DNA of 64,000 bases, taken from NCBI GenBank assembly GCA_964360585.1, contig CAYHXC010000001.1, positions 21,907 through 85,906 on the forward strand, read 5' to 3'. Positions 44,600 through 53,275 of this stretch are shown piece by piece. The notes under the pieces are model-generated. The model was not told the origin of the DNA. It saw nothing but the letters and a program-made list of their open reading frames with translations, and made no database searches. Both the position numbers and the translations under genes were made by a program. The stretch's first letter is position 1, and each line of letters begins with the position of its first letter. The stretch comes from an uncultured Candidatus Saccharibacteria bacterium. GTDB taxonomy: Bacteria; Patescibacteriota; Minisyncoccia; UBA6257; 2-01-FULL-56-20.

Positions 44600-45640
44600 T
44601 TACTCATAATTATCTTTAAACCAAGCGAGGAGTGTTGTGGTGTCGTCAAACCGAGCCGAACTATTCAAGACAACGATCAAAATCGGCCGTCCCTTCACCC
44701 GGAAGATTGAAAATAAATTTCCGCCGGCTTCGTCGATGAATCCAGTCTTACCGCCCAAAAAATCGCTCCGCCCGGCATACATATTTATTGGCAAAACACG
44801 ATACTGCCTTTTCGCAGACAGTTCCGTAACCGTAACTCCCGCCTCACGACTCAACGACAAAACGTCCCCCTTCCGATTGAAGATCCGGAAAGCCAGCTTC
44901 TCGAGATCAGCTCCGGAAGATTGATTGACGGGCGAAAGGCCGCTTGGATCATAATAGTATGTTTGACTCATTCCCCATTGTTTGGCCTGTTCATTCATTT
45001 TTTTCATAAAATTCTCCCGACCGTAGGCATATGCCAGAGCCTCGGCCGCCACATTATCAGAAGCAGTGAGCATGATGCGGATGAGATCTAAGGCGCGATA
45101 CGATTCATCCACTTTTACGTATAGGGAGCCAGCTCCAGGATCTTTTAAAAAACTTTCTTTCGTGACCGATATTGCTGTGCTTGAAGCAAAGACTTCGCTG
45201 GCTATCGTCGCCGTCATAAGTTTGGTAATCGAAGCAATTGGCCAGTGACGATTTACCCCTCGCTCAAGGTAGTGCGTGCCGCTCTCTAAATCGGCGACCA
45301 GCATAATACTCGCTCCGATCTGCGGCGCGAAAACATTGGCCCGCTTAATAAACGGCGCTTCGAAAGAAGTGAGTGGGGCGATGAAGGCGCCGTCTTCTGT
45401 CAGCGCATGGGTATTTCCGAGGGCGGTCTCCGGTCCGATTTTCACTTCCGTTTCCAGGGATTCACTTTTCGGATGAAGCGCCGCCTGACTTTCCAAAGAG
45501 ACAAGCGCCAGTGTTTCGCGTCCAGACTGAATACTGTCCTTCGCGGTAATCACCCGGCCGTTTCGCGGCACGATATTGACGCCAAAGGCAATAATGACGA
45601 TGAGGACTAAGAAGATACTATTTTTCTGATAACTTGGCAT
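44600..45640 (-). CDS. dacA: Serine-type D-Ala-D-Ala carboxypeptidase (S11, PBP5/6-like)
   Basis: 346 aa. SxxK is ASITKLMTA, SxN is SDNVAA, KTG-like is GKTG. Confidence 0.7.
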   Translation of the reverse strand: MPSYQKNSIFLVLIVIIAFGVNIVPRNGRVITAKDSIQSGRETLALVSLESQAALHPKSESLETEVKIGPETALGNTHALTEDGAFIAPLTSFEAPFIKRANVFAPQIGASIMLVADLESGTHYLERGVNRHWPIASITKLMTATIASEVFASSTAISVTKESFLKDPGAGSLYVKVDESYRALDLIRIMLTASDNVAAEALAYAYGRENFMKKMNEQAKQWGMSQTYYYDPSGLSPVNQSSGADLEKLAFRIFNRKGDVLSLSREAGVTVTELSAKRQYRVLPINMYAGRSDFLGGKTGFIDEAGGNLFSIFRVKGRPILIVVLNSSARFDDTTTLLAWFKDNYE

Positions 45641-45646
45641 GGGAAA

Positions 45647-46189
45647 TTATCGCGTAAAGGATTCGAGGATAGTGCGGAACTTTTCATACTGGGGAAGCTG
45701 ATCCTGTTTTTGCAATCCCAAATGTTTCAGGGTTTCAAAACTGACTTTATACAAGAATGAATTGGTGCGCTCGGGATCCGGCGATCGCTCAACAAGACCG
45801 CGAATGAGGAGCGAACGCAACGTAAACAGCGAATTCACCCCGCGCAGATATTCGATGCGACTGCGGGAGATGGGACCAAGATACAAGATAACCGACAGCA
45901 CCTCAAGACTGGCCGGCGTGAGATCTTCACTCAACTCTTTTTTCATGAAACTTTCGAGCAGGGCATGAAACTGCGGCTTCGTGACCAACTGCACCTTGTC
46001 CTCGTGCCGGACCAGCCGTAATCCCCGCTCGCCCCGTTCCAGCTCCTTCTCCAGGACATCGAGCAGTGCTTCGCACTCCGTTTTATCCAACTTCAAAACC
46101 TCCCCCATTTTTTTGAGCGTCAAAGGCTCTCCGTGAAGAAAGAGGAGGGCTTCGCACTCGGCTAGTTGGTGATTTTTGTTCATCCCCAC
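45647..46189 (-). CDS. scpB: Segregation and condensation protein B
   Basis: 180 aa, winged-helix pair typical of ScpB, immediately downstream of scpA. Confidence 0.7.
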   Translation of the reverse strand: MGMNKNHQLAECEALLFLHGEPLTLKKMGEVLKLDKTECEALLDVLEKELERGERGLRLVRHEDKVQLVTKPQFHALLESFMKKELSEDLTPASLEVLSVILYLGPISRSRIEYLRGVNSLFTLRSLLIRGLVERSPDPERTNSFLYKVSFETLKHLGLQKQDQLPQYEKFRTILESFTR

Positions 46190-46316
46190 ACCTAATGAGA
46201 AACTGTGCTCTTAAGCAGCACAATCTCAATATAATAAACGACTCTTTTATGCATTTTATAATTGCTCATATGCGACATAGTATTTGGAAAATCAATATTT
46301 CTCATTAGGTGTGGGG
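46184..46316. mobile_element. MITE-like element, family A copy (perfect 19-bp TIR CCCCACACCTAATGAGAAA)
   Basis: Fills the scpA-scpB spacer. The left TIR overlaps the scpB start codon. Confidence 0.55.
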
Positions 46317-46318
46317 AT

Positions 46319-47065
46319 TCATGCAGTAGATTCGTTCGGTTTAATAATTATATCAGAGAAATGCTCGGCCTGTTCGATGATGATGGTTTGTTCGCGAGCG
46401 AGATGGAGAATCGCCAAAAAAGCGACGATAACGTCCGATCGGTCTCCTGATTTTGATAATTTGGAAAAGGTTGTCTCCTCAATGCGGTGCAACCGCTCAA
46501 GAATATGCTGCATTTTTTCCTCAAGCGTCACGATCACACTCCGCATAACCTCTTCCTCCAGAATGATCTTCTGAAGCGATTGGGTCAGTCGTTCCATGTG
46601 AGGAATGAGATTTTCAAGTGCGAGCGTCTCCCCGGGATAAAAAGTATTGTGCGATACATCCTGCGGCAGGTTTCTCGAGATAGAAAGAAAATAAGGACGA
46701 CTGGATTCCTTTTCCTCCGAACGCCAGAGTTGGGCGACCAACCTTCCCGCCTCCTTGAACTCCCGATAGGCCTTCAACCGCTCTTCAAGTTCAACCAGAT
46801 TTTCTTCGTCTTCCATTGTCATCGGAAGATCGGGCAAAAGAGATTTCGATTTTAAAAGGATCAGCTGGCTCGCGATCACAATAAAATCAGCCAGCAAGGC
46901 CGGCGGCGCTTCGCCAAGCGTTTCCACGTGTTTCAAAAAGTCATCGGTCACTTTGGCCATGCTCAAACGGCTCACATCCATCTTCTCCGATTCGATGAGT
47001 TCAAGAAGTTTGTCTAACGGCCCGGAGAACTCTCCGAGACGCAGTTCATAAGAGACAATGATCAT
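46319..47065 (-). CDS. scpA: Segregation and condensation protein A (kleisin)
   Basis: 248 aa, ScpA family. Confidence 0.7.
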   Translation of the reverse strand: MIIVSYELRLGEFSGPLDKLLELIESEKMDVSRLSMAKVTDDFLKHVETLGEAPPALLADFIVIASQLILLKSKSLLPDLPMTMEDEENLVELEERLKAYREFKEAGRLVAQLWRSEEKESSRPYFLSISRNLPQDVSHNTFYPGETLALENLIPHMERLTQSLQKIILEEEVMRSVIVTLEEKMQHILERLHRIEETTFSKLSKSGDRSDVIVAFLAILHLAREQTIIIEQAEHFSDIIIKPNESTA

Positions 47066-47066
47066 A

Positions 47067-47100
47067 GGGTGTAGGGGTTAGGGTATAGGGTATAGGGTAG
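47067..47100. repeat. G-rich TAGGG(T/G) repeats abutting the scpA start codon
   Basis: gggtgtaggggttagggtatagggtatagggtag begins 1 nt from the ATG at 47065. Confidence 0.5.
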
Positions 47101-47104
47101 CGAA

Positions 47105-47240
47105 CAGTGGATTGTCATTACGCCTTGTCCGGCCAGGGAGGAGCGGAGCGACTCGCCTCGCTGACAGCCTCGCCGAGTCTAGGCAGGGAACTTTGGCGAA
47201 GCGGGCGTGGCAATCTCGTGAAAGTGGATAGCGAATAGAG
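47105..47240. other. GC-rich structured non-coding element (possible small ncRNA; identity unresolved)
   Basis: ~135 nt at ~60% GC in a ~45% GC background. Outer inverted repeat ggattgtcattacgcc / ggcgtggcaatc and internal GC helices. Shares GATTGCCACG and TGTCATT motifs with 34582-34656. Confidence 0.25.
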
Positions 47241-47292
47241 AATTGTATGTATGACCATTAGTTATCAGTTATTAGTTGTTGGTCAGCGTCAG

Positions 47293-48672
47293 CTAGTAGT
47301 TGCTTTTGACCCAGGCCAATAAACTTTTCGCCTCTTCTTCGTAGTTCGGAGAGTTTAAAAGAATAATCACGAACGGCCGTTTTGCTCCATTCAAAGTCAG
47401 ATCGAAAACAGAAAGAATCGTGCCGCCGGCCGCGGTAGAAAGTCCCACTTTACCGCCAACAAATCCGGTCGTTCCGGTAAAGACATTATAGTTCTCAAGA
47501 TTAGTGAAGGCCGATGGACCATAAGCCCGATTATCCACCACGCCGCGCGAGAGCGAAAGAATAAACTGGCGGTTGTTATAAAGGTAGCGAGCCAGCACAA
47601 ACAAATCGCGGGGACTGCTGACATTTTCGGCGGCAACGCCAGCTGTATCGGCAAAAACCGTATCCCGCATACCAATCGCTTTTGCTTTTTGATTCATCTG
47701 CACAATGAATTGTTTCTCTCCTCCGTAGTATCCTTTGGCGAGCGCCGTCGCCGCTTCATTGGATGATTCCGTAAGAAGCAAACTTAAGAGATCGAGGACT
47801 CGCACCTGGCTTCCAACTGTAAGACGAGGACGCGACGTAGCAATAATCATATCGGTCCGAATGGTAATTTCTTTTTCGATGTTAATGTACTCGGTAGCGA
47901 TTAAAGCCGTCATGAGTTTGGTTAAAGAAGCGATTGGCAAAACAACATCTTTCTCTTTTTCTGTCAGCACAAAATCGCTCTTCAAATCGGCGGCCAGATA
48001 GCTTTTTGATTTTAAAAGCGGAGCGCGAATTTCATAGGCGAACGAATCGGCTTGAAAATCCTTTTTGAAAACTAAGACCGGCGTACCCACTTTCACCTGA
48101 TCATAGATCCATTTGGCATCTTCCGTCGAAAGACGGATACAGCCGCCAGAGTATCCCGGCGGAACAACGCGGCCATCGGGATAGGTTGGCCAACCGTGAA
48201 TGAAAAAATTTCCCTGGAACGGCAAACTCCAGGGCATCGAGACATGACCGAGCGATGAAAAATGCGTTGGCTCCTTAGCTTCAATTCTATATAACCCCGC
48301 CGGCGTTTCCCACCATGATCCTTCCTTTCCTTTTGATAAAACAGGAATTTCCTTAACTACCCGACCAGCTTTATAGAGACGAATGAGGTCGCTTGAAAGA
48401 TCGGCTTCGATAAAATCAGCGCCTTGGGTAATAAAATCAGACTTCACTTTTCCGAAAAACTGGACATCTTGAAGCGCCGGCCAGCTACCATACGTCAGTT
48501 CAACCGCATTGGTTCCGGTGGGCAGGAAAAAAGTGTACTTCAACGTTTTCCGATAAATGAAAAAAACAATGGTGACGATAATGATAGTGGCGCCAAAAAT
48601 GGAAGCCACGATCCAGTTCGGAACATGACGATGCAGAATATGAATATCTAAAACGTTATTCTCCTCTTCCAT
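47293..48672 (-). CDS. Fusion protein: L,D-transpeptidase (YkuD) domain + serine D-Ala-D-Ala carboxypeptidase (S11) domain
   Basis: 459 aa, N-terminal TM. YkuD catalytic motif is HGWPTYPDGRVVPPGYSGGCIRL. Then SLTKLMTA (SxxK), SSNEAA (SxN), GGKVG. Confidence 0.6.
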   Translation of the reverse strand: MEEENNVLDIHILHRHVPNWIVASIFGATIIIVTIVFFIYRKTLKYTFFLPTGTNAVELTYGSWPALQDVQFFGKVKSDFITQGADFIEADLSSDLIRLYKAGRVVKEIPVLSKGKEGSWWETPAGLYRIEAKEPTHFSSLGHVSMPWSLPFQGNFFIHGWPTYPDGRVVPPGYSGGCIRLSTEDAKWIYDQVKVGTPVLVFKKDFQADSFAYEIRAPLLKSKSYLAADLKSDFVLTEKEKDVVLPIASLTKLMTALIATEYINIEKEITIRTDMIIATSRPRLTVGSQVRVLDLLSLLLTESSNEAATALAKGYYGGEKQFIVQMNQKAKAIGMRDTVFADTAGVAAENVSSPRDLFVLARYLYNNRQFILSLSRGVVDNRAYGPSAFTNLENYNVFTGTTGFVGGKVGLSTAAGGTILSVFDLTLNGAKRPFVIILLNSPNYEEEAKSLLAWVKSNY

Positions 48673-48675
48673 AAA

Positions 48676-49920
48676 TTATTGTTCTTTAAGATACGCGCCG
48701 ACACGATAGTTATTTGAGGGACTCCAGATCATCCAACCATCAACGAGAGAAGGTGTGCCGGACGCCACGTCATTCAAAGCATTGATCTGTTTGCGAATCA
48801 TAGTCGAGTCGTAGGTGGCACCAAGATCAAAATCCTGGAACCAGGGACGAAGTTTACCAAGTGGTCGATCAAGAACAACCGTGCTCGAAGGTTCCATACT
48901 CGCCGCTTTTAATGCCTTCAGCTTACCAACGGCTTTCTCTACGGAATAGTAGACGACTTCATAGGGATACTCCGCGGGATTTTTGAAGCCGAGAAAACCT
49001 TGAGCGTAGTGCGAAGGATAGACCATCGGCGAGACATAATCAAAATAGCGGTAGGCGTCTTCAATTATTTGGCCGATTCCCAGATCGTCGTTATTGACGG
49101 TGGCCAATCCGAAAAGATCGGCGGACAATCGAGCCTGCGGCATCTGGCTCCGAACGTACCGGAAAAATTCTTTGATAACCGTATGTCGGGCAGTTTTCTG
49201 ATCCCAGTAAGGATACCCGATCAGCTTCAGATTTCCGTCCGAAGGAAAACGAACGTAGTCAAAATTGATCTCATCAAAGCCGCGCGCCAAAGCATCCTTG
49301 GCAATGGCAACATTGTAATCCCACACTGGTTTGGCTGATGCGTCCATCCAAGTCAGTCCTTTCCGATCTTTCCAGGTGGCCGTCGTTGATCCCTGTTTCA
49401 GAGCCCACTCGGGATGCGCTTTCGCCAACACCACATCCTGAAAAACAGAGACTCGTCCGATGACATAGATTCCAGCGTCATGCAGTTCTTTAATCGTCCG
49501 GTTGGGATATTTTATTTTTGGACTAACCCCGGCTTTACTATCCACCACTTCAGGGATCTCTGCAGTATACGACAACTCCCCTGAGTAGTCTTTGATATCA
49601 ATTACCACGGCACTGATCTCAGTCTCAGACGCGATTTTCTTCACATACTCAATTTTTTTACTAAGGCCGGCCGACCATCCTGTAAGATAGATAGCTTTGA
49701 TGGAAGCGGGTGGATTGGCGAGCGGCGAAGTATTCGGAATATCACCGTTTGAAAGAGTTGAAGTTTGACTCGTTGTTCCCTGGCCGGTCGTTATCGTTGA
49801 ACTTCCTTTCTCTTGCAACCCCACAATGGGCTTTCCCACTGCCACTTCACGCGGTCCAGCGAAAGAGAAAAGGCCAGCTCCAATAACTAACGCCCCCATG
49901 ATGCCAGCCGCGAATTTCAT
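48676..49920 (-). CDS. Putative TIM-barrel glycoside-hydrolase-like protein (COG1306/DUF4015-like), secreted, with Thr/Ser-rich linker
   Basis: 414 aa. Signal/TM, TTGQGTTSQTSTLSNG linker, then ...IKAIYLTGWSAG...VVIDIKDY... core. Confidence 0.4.
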   Translation of the reverse strand: MKFAAGIMGALVIGAGLFSFAGPREVAVGKPIVGLQEKGSSTITTGQGTTSQTSTLSNGDIPNTSPLANPPASIKAIYLTGWSAGLSKKIEYVKKIASETEISAVVIDIKDYSGELSYTAEIPEVVDSKAGVSPKIKYPNRTIKELHDAGIYVIGRVSVFQDVVLAKAHPEWALKQGSTTATWKDRKGLTWMDASAKPVWDYNVAIAKDALARGFDEINFDYVRFPSDGNLKLIGYPYWDQKTARHTVIKEFFRYVRSQMPQARLSADLFGLATVNNDDLGIGQIIEDAYRYFDYVSPMVYPSHYAQGFLGFKNPAEYPYEVVYYSVEKAVGKLKALKAASMEPSSTVVLDRPLGKLRPWFQDFDLGATYDSTMIRKQINALNDVASGTPSLVDGWMIWSPSNNYRVGAYLKEQ

Positions 49921-50050
49921 CCCTCACCCAACGAGGAACAACTCGCCATTGGGGCGAGGTCCTCACATGTTCCCGACTTTGTTAGATTGCTAGTTAAATT
50001 TTTCATTAGAGAAGCACCTACCTGCCCATTTCCTCGTTGGGTGAGGGATG
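49920..50050. mobile_element. MITE-like element, family D (18-bp perfect TIR TCCCTCACCCAACGAGGAA / TTCCTCGTTGGGTGAGGGA)
   Basis: Inverted repeats flank ~95 bp. The TIR abuts or overlaps the start codon of the 48676..49920 gene. Confidence 0.45.
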
Positions 50051-50158
50051 AATCCCTTTCATTGTATTCAAAAATGCCGCTTAAATCAAAGAAATTTTTA
50101 ATAGAAAAACGGCGACCGCTGTTATGCGAATCGCCGTATTGTTAAGCTTCTGCAGATA

Positions 50159-51469
50159 TTAGACAACTGCAAGTTCCTCTGCCATAACGCGCTTCACTTC
50201 TGCCACGGGATCTTTGGCTCCGAGAATCTGACGGCCCATGACGAGATAGTCGGCGCCGTTATCCTTGGCTCCACGAGGCGTGGCGATCCGTGCTTGATCG
50301 TCTTTTGGAGTGGCTTCGGAACGGATGCCTGGCGTGACGATTGTCTTGTCCGGATAGAGAGCCTTCAGTTTTCTAGCTTCTTCTGGCGAACAAACAAAGC
50401 CATGCGCCCCTCCTCCGGCTCCAATCTGGGCGAGAACTTTCACTTGTTCCAGCGGTCTACGTTGGTAAACTTCTTTACTGGTTGCGGGATTGATTGAGGT
50501 CAGTACCGTGATGGCAAGTACTTTGGTTGGCGTTCCAGCAAGCGCTTCGACAGCCGCCTTGACCATCTCGCCGCTTCCCGATGCGTGAACGGTAACTGCC
50601 CACGGCGGATTCTTGCGGAGCCGTTCGCAGGTGTTCTTCACCGTGTTTGGAATGTCGTGGCACTTGAGATCTGCCATGACGCGGCCGTACACATGAAGAT
50701 CGGGAATGAGGTCCGCGATCCCTCGATCAAAGAGAAGATCATTCACCTTGAGAATACACCCGGAGGGTCGCAGCGGATCGATGATTGCGAGTGTCTCTTC
50801 CCAGCTCTTACCATCGAGCGCCACGATGATGCAGTTCTTCTCTTCGGTTTCGGAGTTGCATCGTTGCATTACTCCGAAATCAGACACGAGAAGCTTGCGC
50901 ACATCGTGCAGTGTCGTACCCGGCCAGACTGAAAGATCGACTCCCTGCTCGACGAACTTTCTCTTCCACCCCTGTTGCCGATCGACGAGAACAACGAGAT
51001 CCTGCACCTGAAGACCCATCGCCCTCGCCTCGAAGAACGGAATGATCTTTGACTCGCCGTCGGTTACCACATCATCGAAAATTACCGCTGTGCTCCCGAA
51101 TGGAGCCGAGCCGATGGAAGTTGCCTTGGCGACGCGTCCTTCTTTTGGTCGCTCACGGATCGTGATGTACGGAATACCCGTAGCGAGCGACAATGGCCCT
51201 GCGAAACAACTCACGGCATCCGGCACCTCGATAAACCGACTGGGATTGAGGCGACGAATAGGATTCTCGAATGCTCGAGCAATCGTTCTGATCGCGTCGG
51301 GACTATTGCGAGCATCCCGTAGATTGATGTAGACATCGGTCTTACCACCGCTCTTTAGGGGCAGATCTCTCCCGTTCGAGAACCTGATGAGCTGGTGTTC
51401 GAGTAGACGGGCGACCAGATTCCTTTGTTCGGACGGATCAAGCCAAGAAAGTTGCATCCTAACCTCCAC
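50159..51469 (-). CDS. pyrEF: Bifunctional orotate phosphoribosyltransferase / orotidine-5'-phosphate decarboxylase (PyrE-PyrF fusion)
   Basis: 436 aa. N-terminal half has the PRTase motif (VIFDDVVTDGES). C-terminal half has OMPdecase motifs (IIVALDG, KVNDLLF, ADLKCHDIPNTV). GC content is higher than neighbouring genes. Confidence 0.75.
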   Translation of the reverse strand: MEVRMQLSWLDPSEQRNLVARLLEHQLIRFSNGRDLPLKSGGKTDVYINLRDARNSPDAIRTIARAFENPIRRLNPSRFIEVPDAVSCFAGPLSLATGIPYITIRERPKEGRVAKATSIGSAPFGSTAVIFDDVVTDGESKIIPFFEARAMGLQVQDLVVLVDRQQGWKRKFVEQGVDLSVWPGTTLHDVRKLLVSDFGVMQRCNSETEEKNCIIVALDGKSWEETLAIIDPLRPSGCILKVNDLLFDRGIADLIPDLHVYGRVMADLKCHDIPNTVKNTCERLRKNPPWAVTVHASGSGEMVKAAVEALAGTPTKVLAITVLTSINPATSKEVYQRRPLEQVKVLAQIGAGGGAHGFVCSPEEARKLKALYPDKTIVTPGIRSEATPKDDQARIATPRGAKDNGADYLVMGRQILGAKDPVAEVKRVMAEELAVV

Positions 51470-51596
51470 TTCTGGGCATCACCTTGTGATGCACGTTGAT
51501 TTTTCTGCTACTAGACTTATACCGTTAGAAAGCTGAAAGATCAAGAAGAATGTTAACCTATGCATTTTTCGAGATTCACCCTATAATCCTTCCCAT

Positions 51597-52733
51597 ATGG
51601 CTTTAGCTTTTCACCGCAAGTACCGCCCCAAAAAACTCGACGAGTTAGTTGGCCAGGAGGAGAATATCGACATCCTCCGAAATGCCGCGGCCACCAACCG
51701 TCTCGGCCAGGCCTATCTTTTCTACGGATCGCGAGGCACGGGCAAAACCACGACCGCTCGACTCGTCGCCAAACTTTTGAACTGCGAAAAACGCGCCGAA
51801 GATCCGGCATTTATGAAACTCGGTGAACCCTGCGGCGAGTGTCGGTCATGTAAAGAAATCGATACGGCAAGCGCCATTGATCTCATTGAAATCGACGCCG
51901 CCTCAAACCGCGGCATTGATGAGATGCGAAACTTAAAAGAGAACATTCGCGTTGCCCCGACATCCAGCAAGTACAAGGTTTATATTATAGATGAAGCGCA
52001 CATGCTCACCCGCGAGGCGGCGAACGCGCTTTTAAAAACTCTCGAGGAACCGCCCCAGCACACGACAATTATTCTGGCTACCACCGAGTATGAGAAACTG
52101 CCGCCGACGATTACCTCACGAACCCAACGTTTTCTTTTTAAAAGACTCCCGAAGCCGCGCATTATTGAAAAACTGAACCGGATCGTCGCAGAAGAAAAAA
52201 TCTCCATCGAACCCGAAGCGTTGGAGTTGATTGCCGCCCTTGGCGAAGGCAGTCTCCGCGATGCCGAATCCCTGCTTGATCAGATGAGCTCATTTTCTTC
52301 CGTGCTTGAAAACAAAAAGAAAACTGGCATCACCCTCCAGCTTGTCGAAGAAACAACGGGCCGCGTGGGCATGAAAAAGATACACCAACTGTGCACTCTT
52401 ATTTTGGAAAACGATCGCGAAGGCATGACCAAGTACCTAGAGCAAATTAACGAGGAGGGCCATGACCTTGTCCGCTTCACGAAAGATCTTATTCACTACT
52501 TGCGCAAAATTGTCGCCCTGAAGGCCAGTCCCGACCTAGAGAAGGATTTCCAATCGGAGATGACCGACGAGGAGATTAAAAAATTAAAAGCCCTCGCCGC
52601 AAAAGCGAATCTCGAAAAACATATTCCCCTAATCCGAAACTTGATTCGAGCGTACGCCGATATGCGCTATTCTCCCTTTGCGTTAATTCCATTGGAAATA
52701 ACGCTTCTCGAATTTCTAGGTAGTAGAGAGTAA
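51597..52733 (+). CDS. dnaX: DNA polymerase III subunit gamma/tau (short form)
   Basis: 378 aa, Walker A GSRGTGKTT, zinc module CGECRSC, SRC motif. Confidence 0.8.
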   Translation: MALAFHRKYRPKKLDELVGQEENIDILRNAAATNRLGQAYLFYGSRGTGKTTTARLVAKLLNCEKRAEDPAFMKLGEPCGECRSCKEIDTASAIDLIEIDAASNRGIDEMRNLKENIRVAPTSSKYKVYIIDEAHMLTREAANALLKTLEEPPQHTTIILATTEYEKLPPTITSRTQRFLFKRLPKPRIIEKLNRIVAEEKISIEPEALELIAALGEGSLRDAESLLDQMSSFSSVLENKKKTGITLQLVEETTGRVGMKKIHQLCTLILENDREGMTKYLEQINEEGHDLVRFTKDLIHYLRKIVALKASPDLEKDFQSEMTDEEIKKLKALAAKANLEKHIPLIRNLIRAYADMRYSPFALIPLEITLLEFLGSRE

Positions 52734-52799
52734 TTGGCAATGAGTAGTCGGGAGATAATCCTCGCTCCTCGCTAATTACTGCCTACTATTTACTAACTA

Positions 52800-53255
52800 C
52801 TATCTGGTAACCGAGATAGTCTGGCCCAACTGGGCAGACGGAGCGGACAAGGTGATCACCCCCGTGGAACTGGTTTTCAAAATATAGTACCCAGAATCGT
52901 AATCCGTAACCGACGTGTAGTACGCGCCCGACGCCGAAGGATCATAGGGCATCGCTGGTAAATACGGCACTATGCATGGAGCGATGTCATACGTACTCGT
53001 CCCGCTCGAGGCCATTTTTTTCGATGAGGTTGGGATGTCCCCCGCCGCGCACGGAAAAACACCGGTTCTATTTTCGGCAGTCAATTCACGTACCCATAGG
53101 CCAATTGCGTTCAAATCAGATGTTCGCTGATTATTTCGCGCCTTGGCCAACTGCCCCGCCGGATTTATAGAGCGAATGACGAGCGCGCCAACGATAACCA
53201 TTAATCCAACTGAAAGAATTATTTCCACTAACGTAAAAGCGTTTCGTGTTTTCAT
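52800..53255 (-). CDS. Type IV pilin-like protein
   Basis: 151 aa. N-terminal AFTLVEIILSVG is the prepilin cleavage/methylation motif. Confidence 0.6.
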   Translation of the reverse strand: MKTRNAFTLVEIILSVGLMVIVGALVIRSINPAGQLAKARNNQRTSDLNAIGLWVRELTAENRTGVFPCAAGDIPTSSKKMASSGTSTYDIAPCIVPYLPAMPYDPSASGAYYTSVTDYDSGYYILKTSSTGVITLSAPSAQLGQTISVTR

Positions 53256-53275
53256 AATTTCATTTTAGCACATAC

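Noticed and set aside
47101-47240. Confident SRP RNA (ffs) call
   Set aside because: The resemblance to domain IV is only loose by eye. Without a covariance-model score I list it as an unresolved structured element instead.
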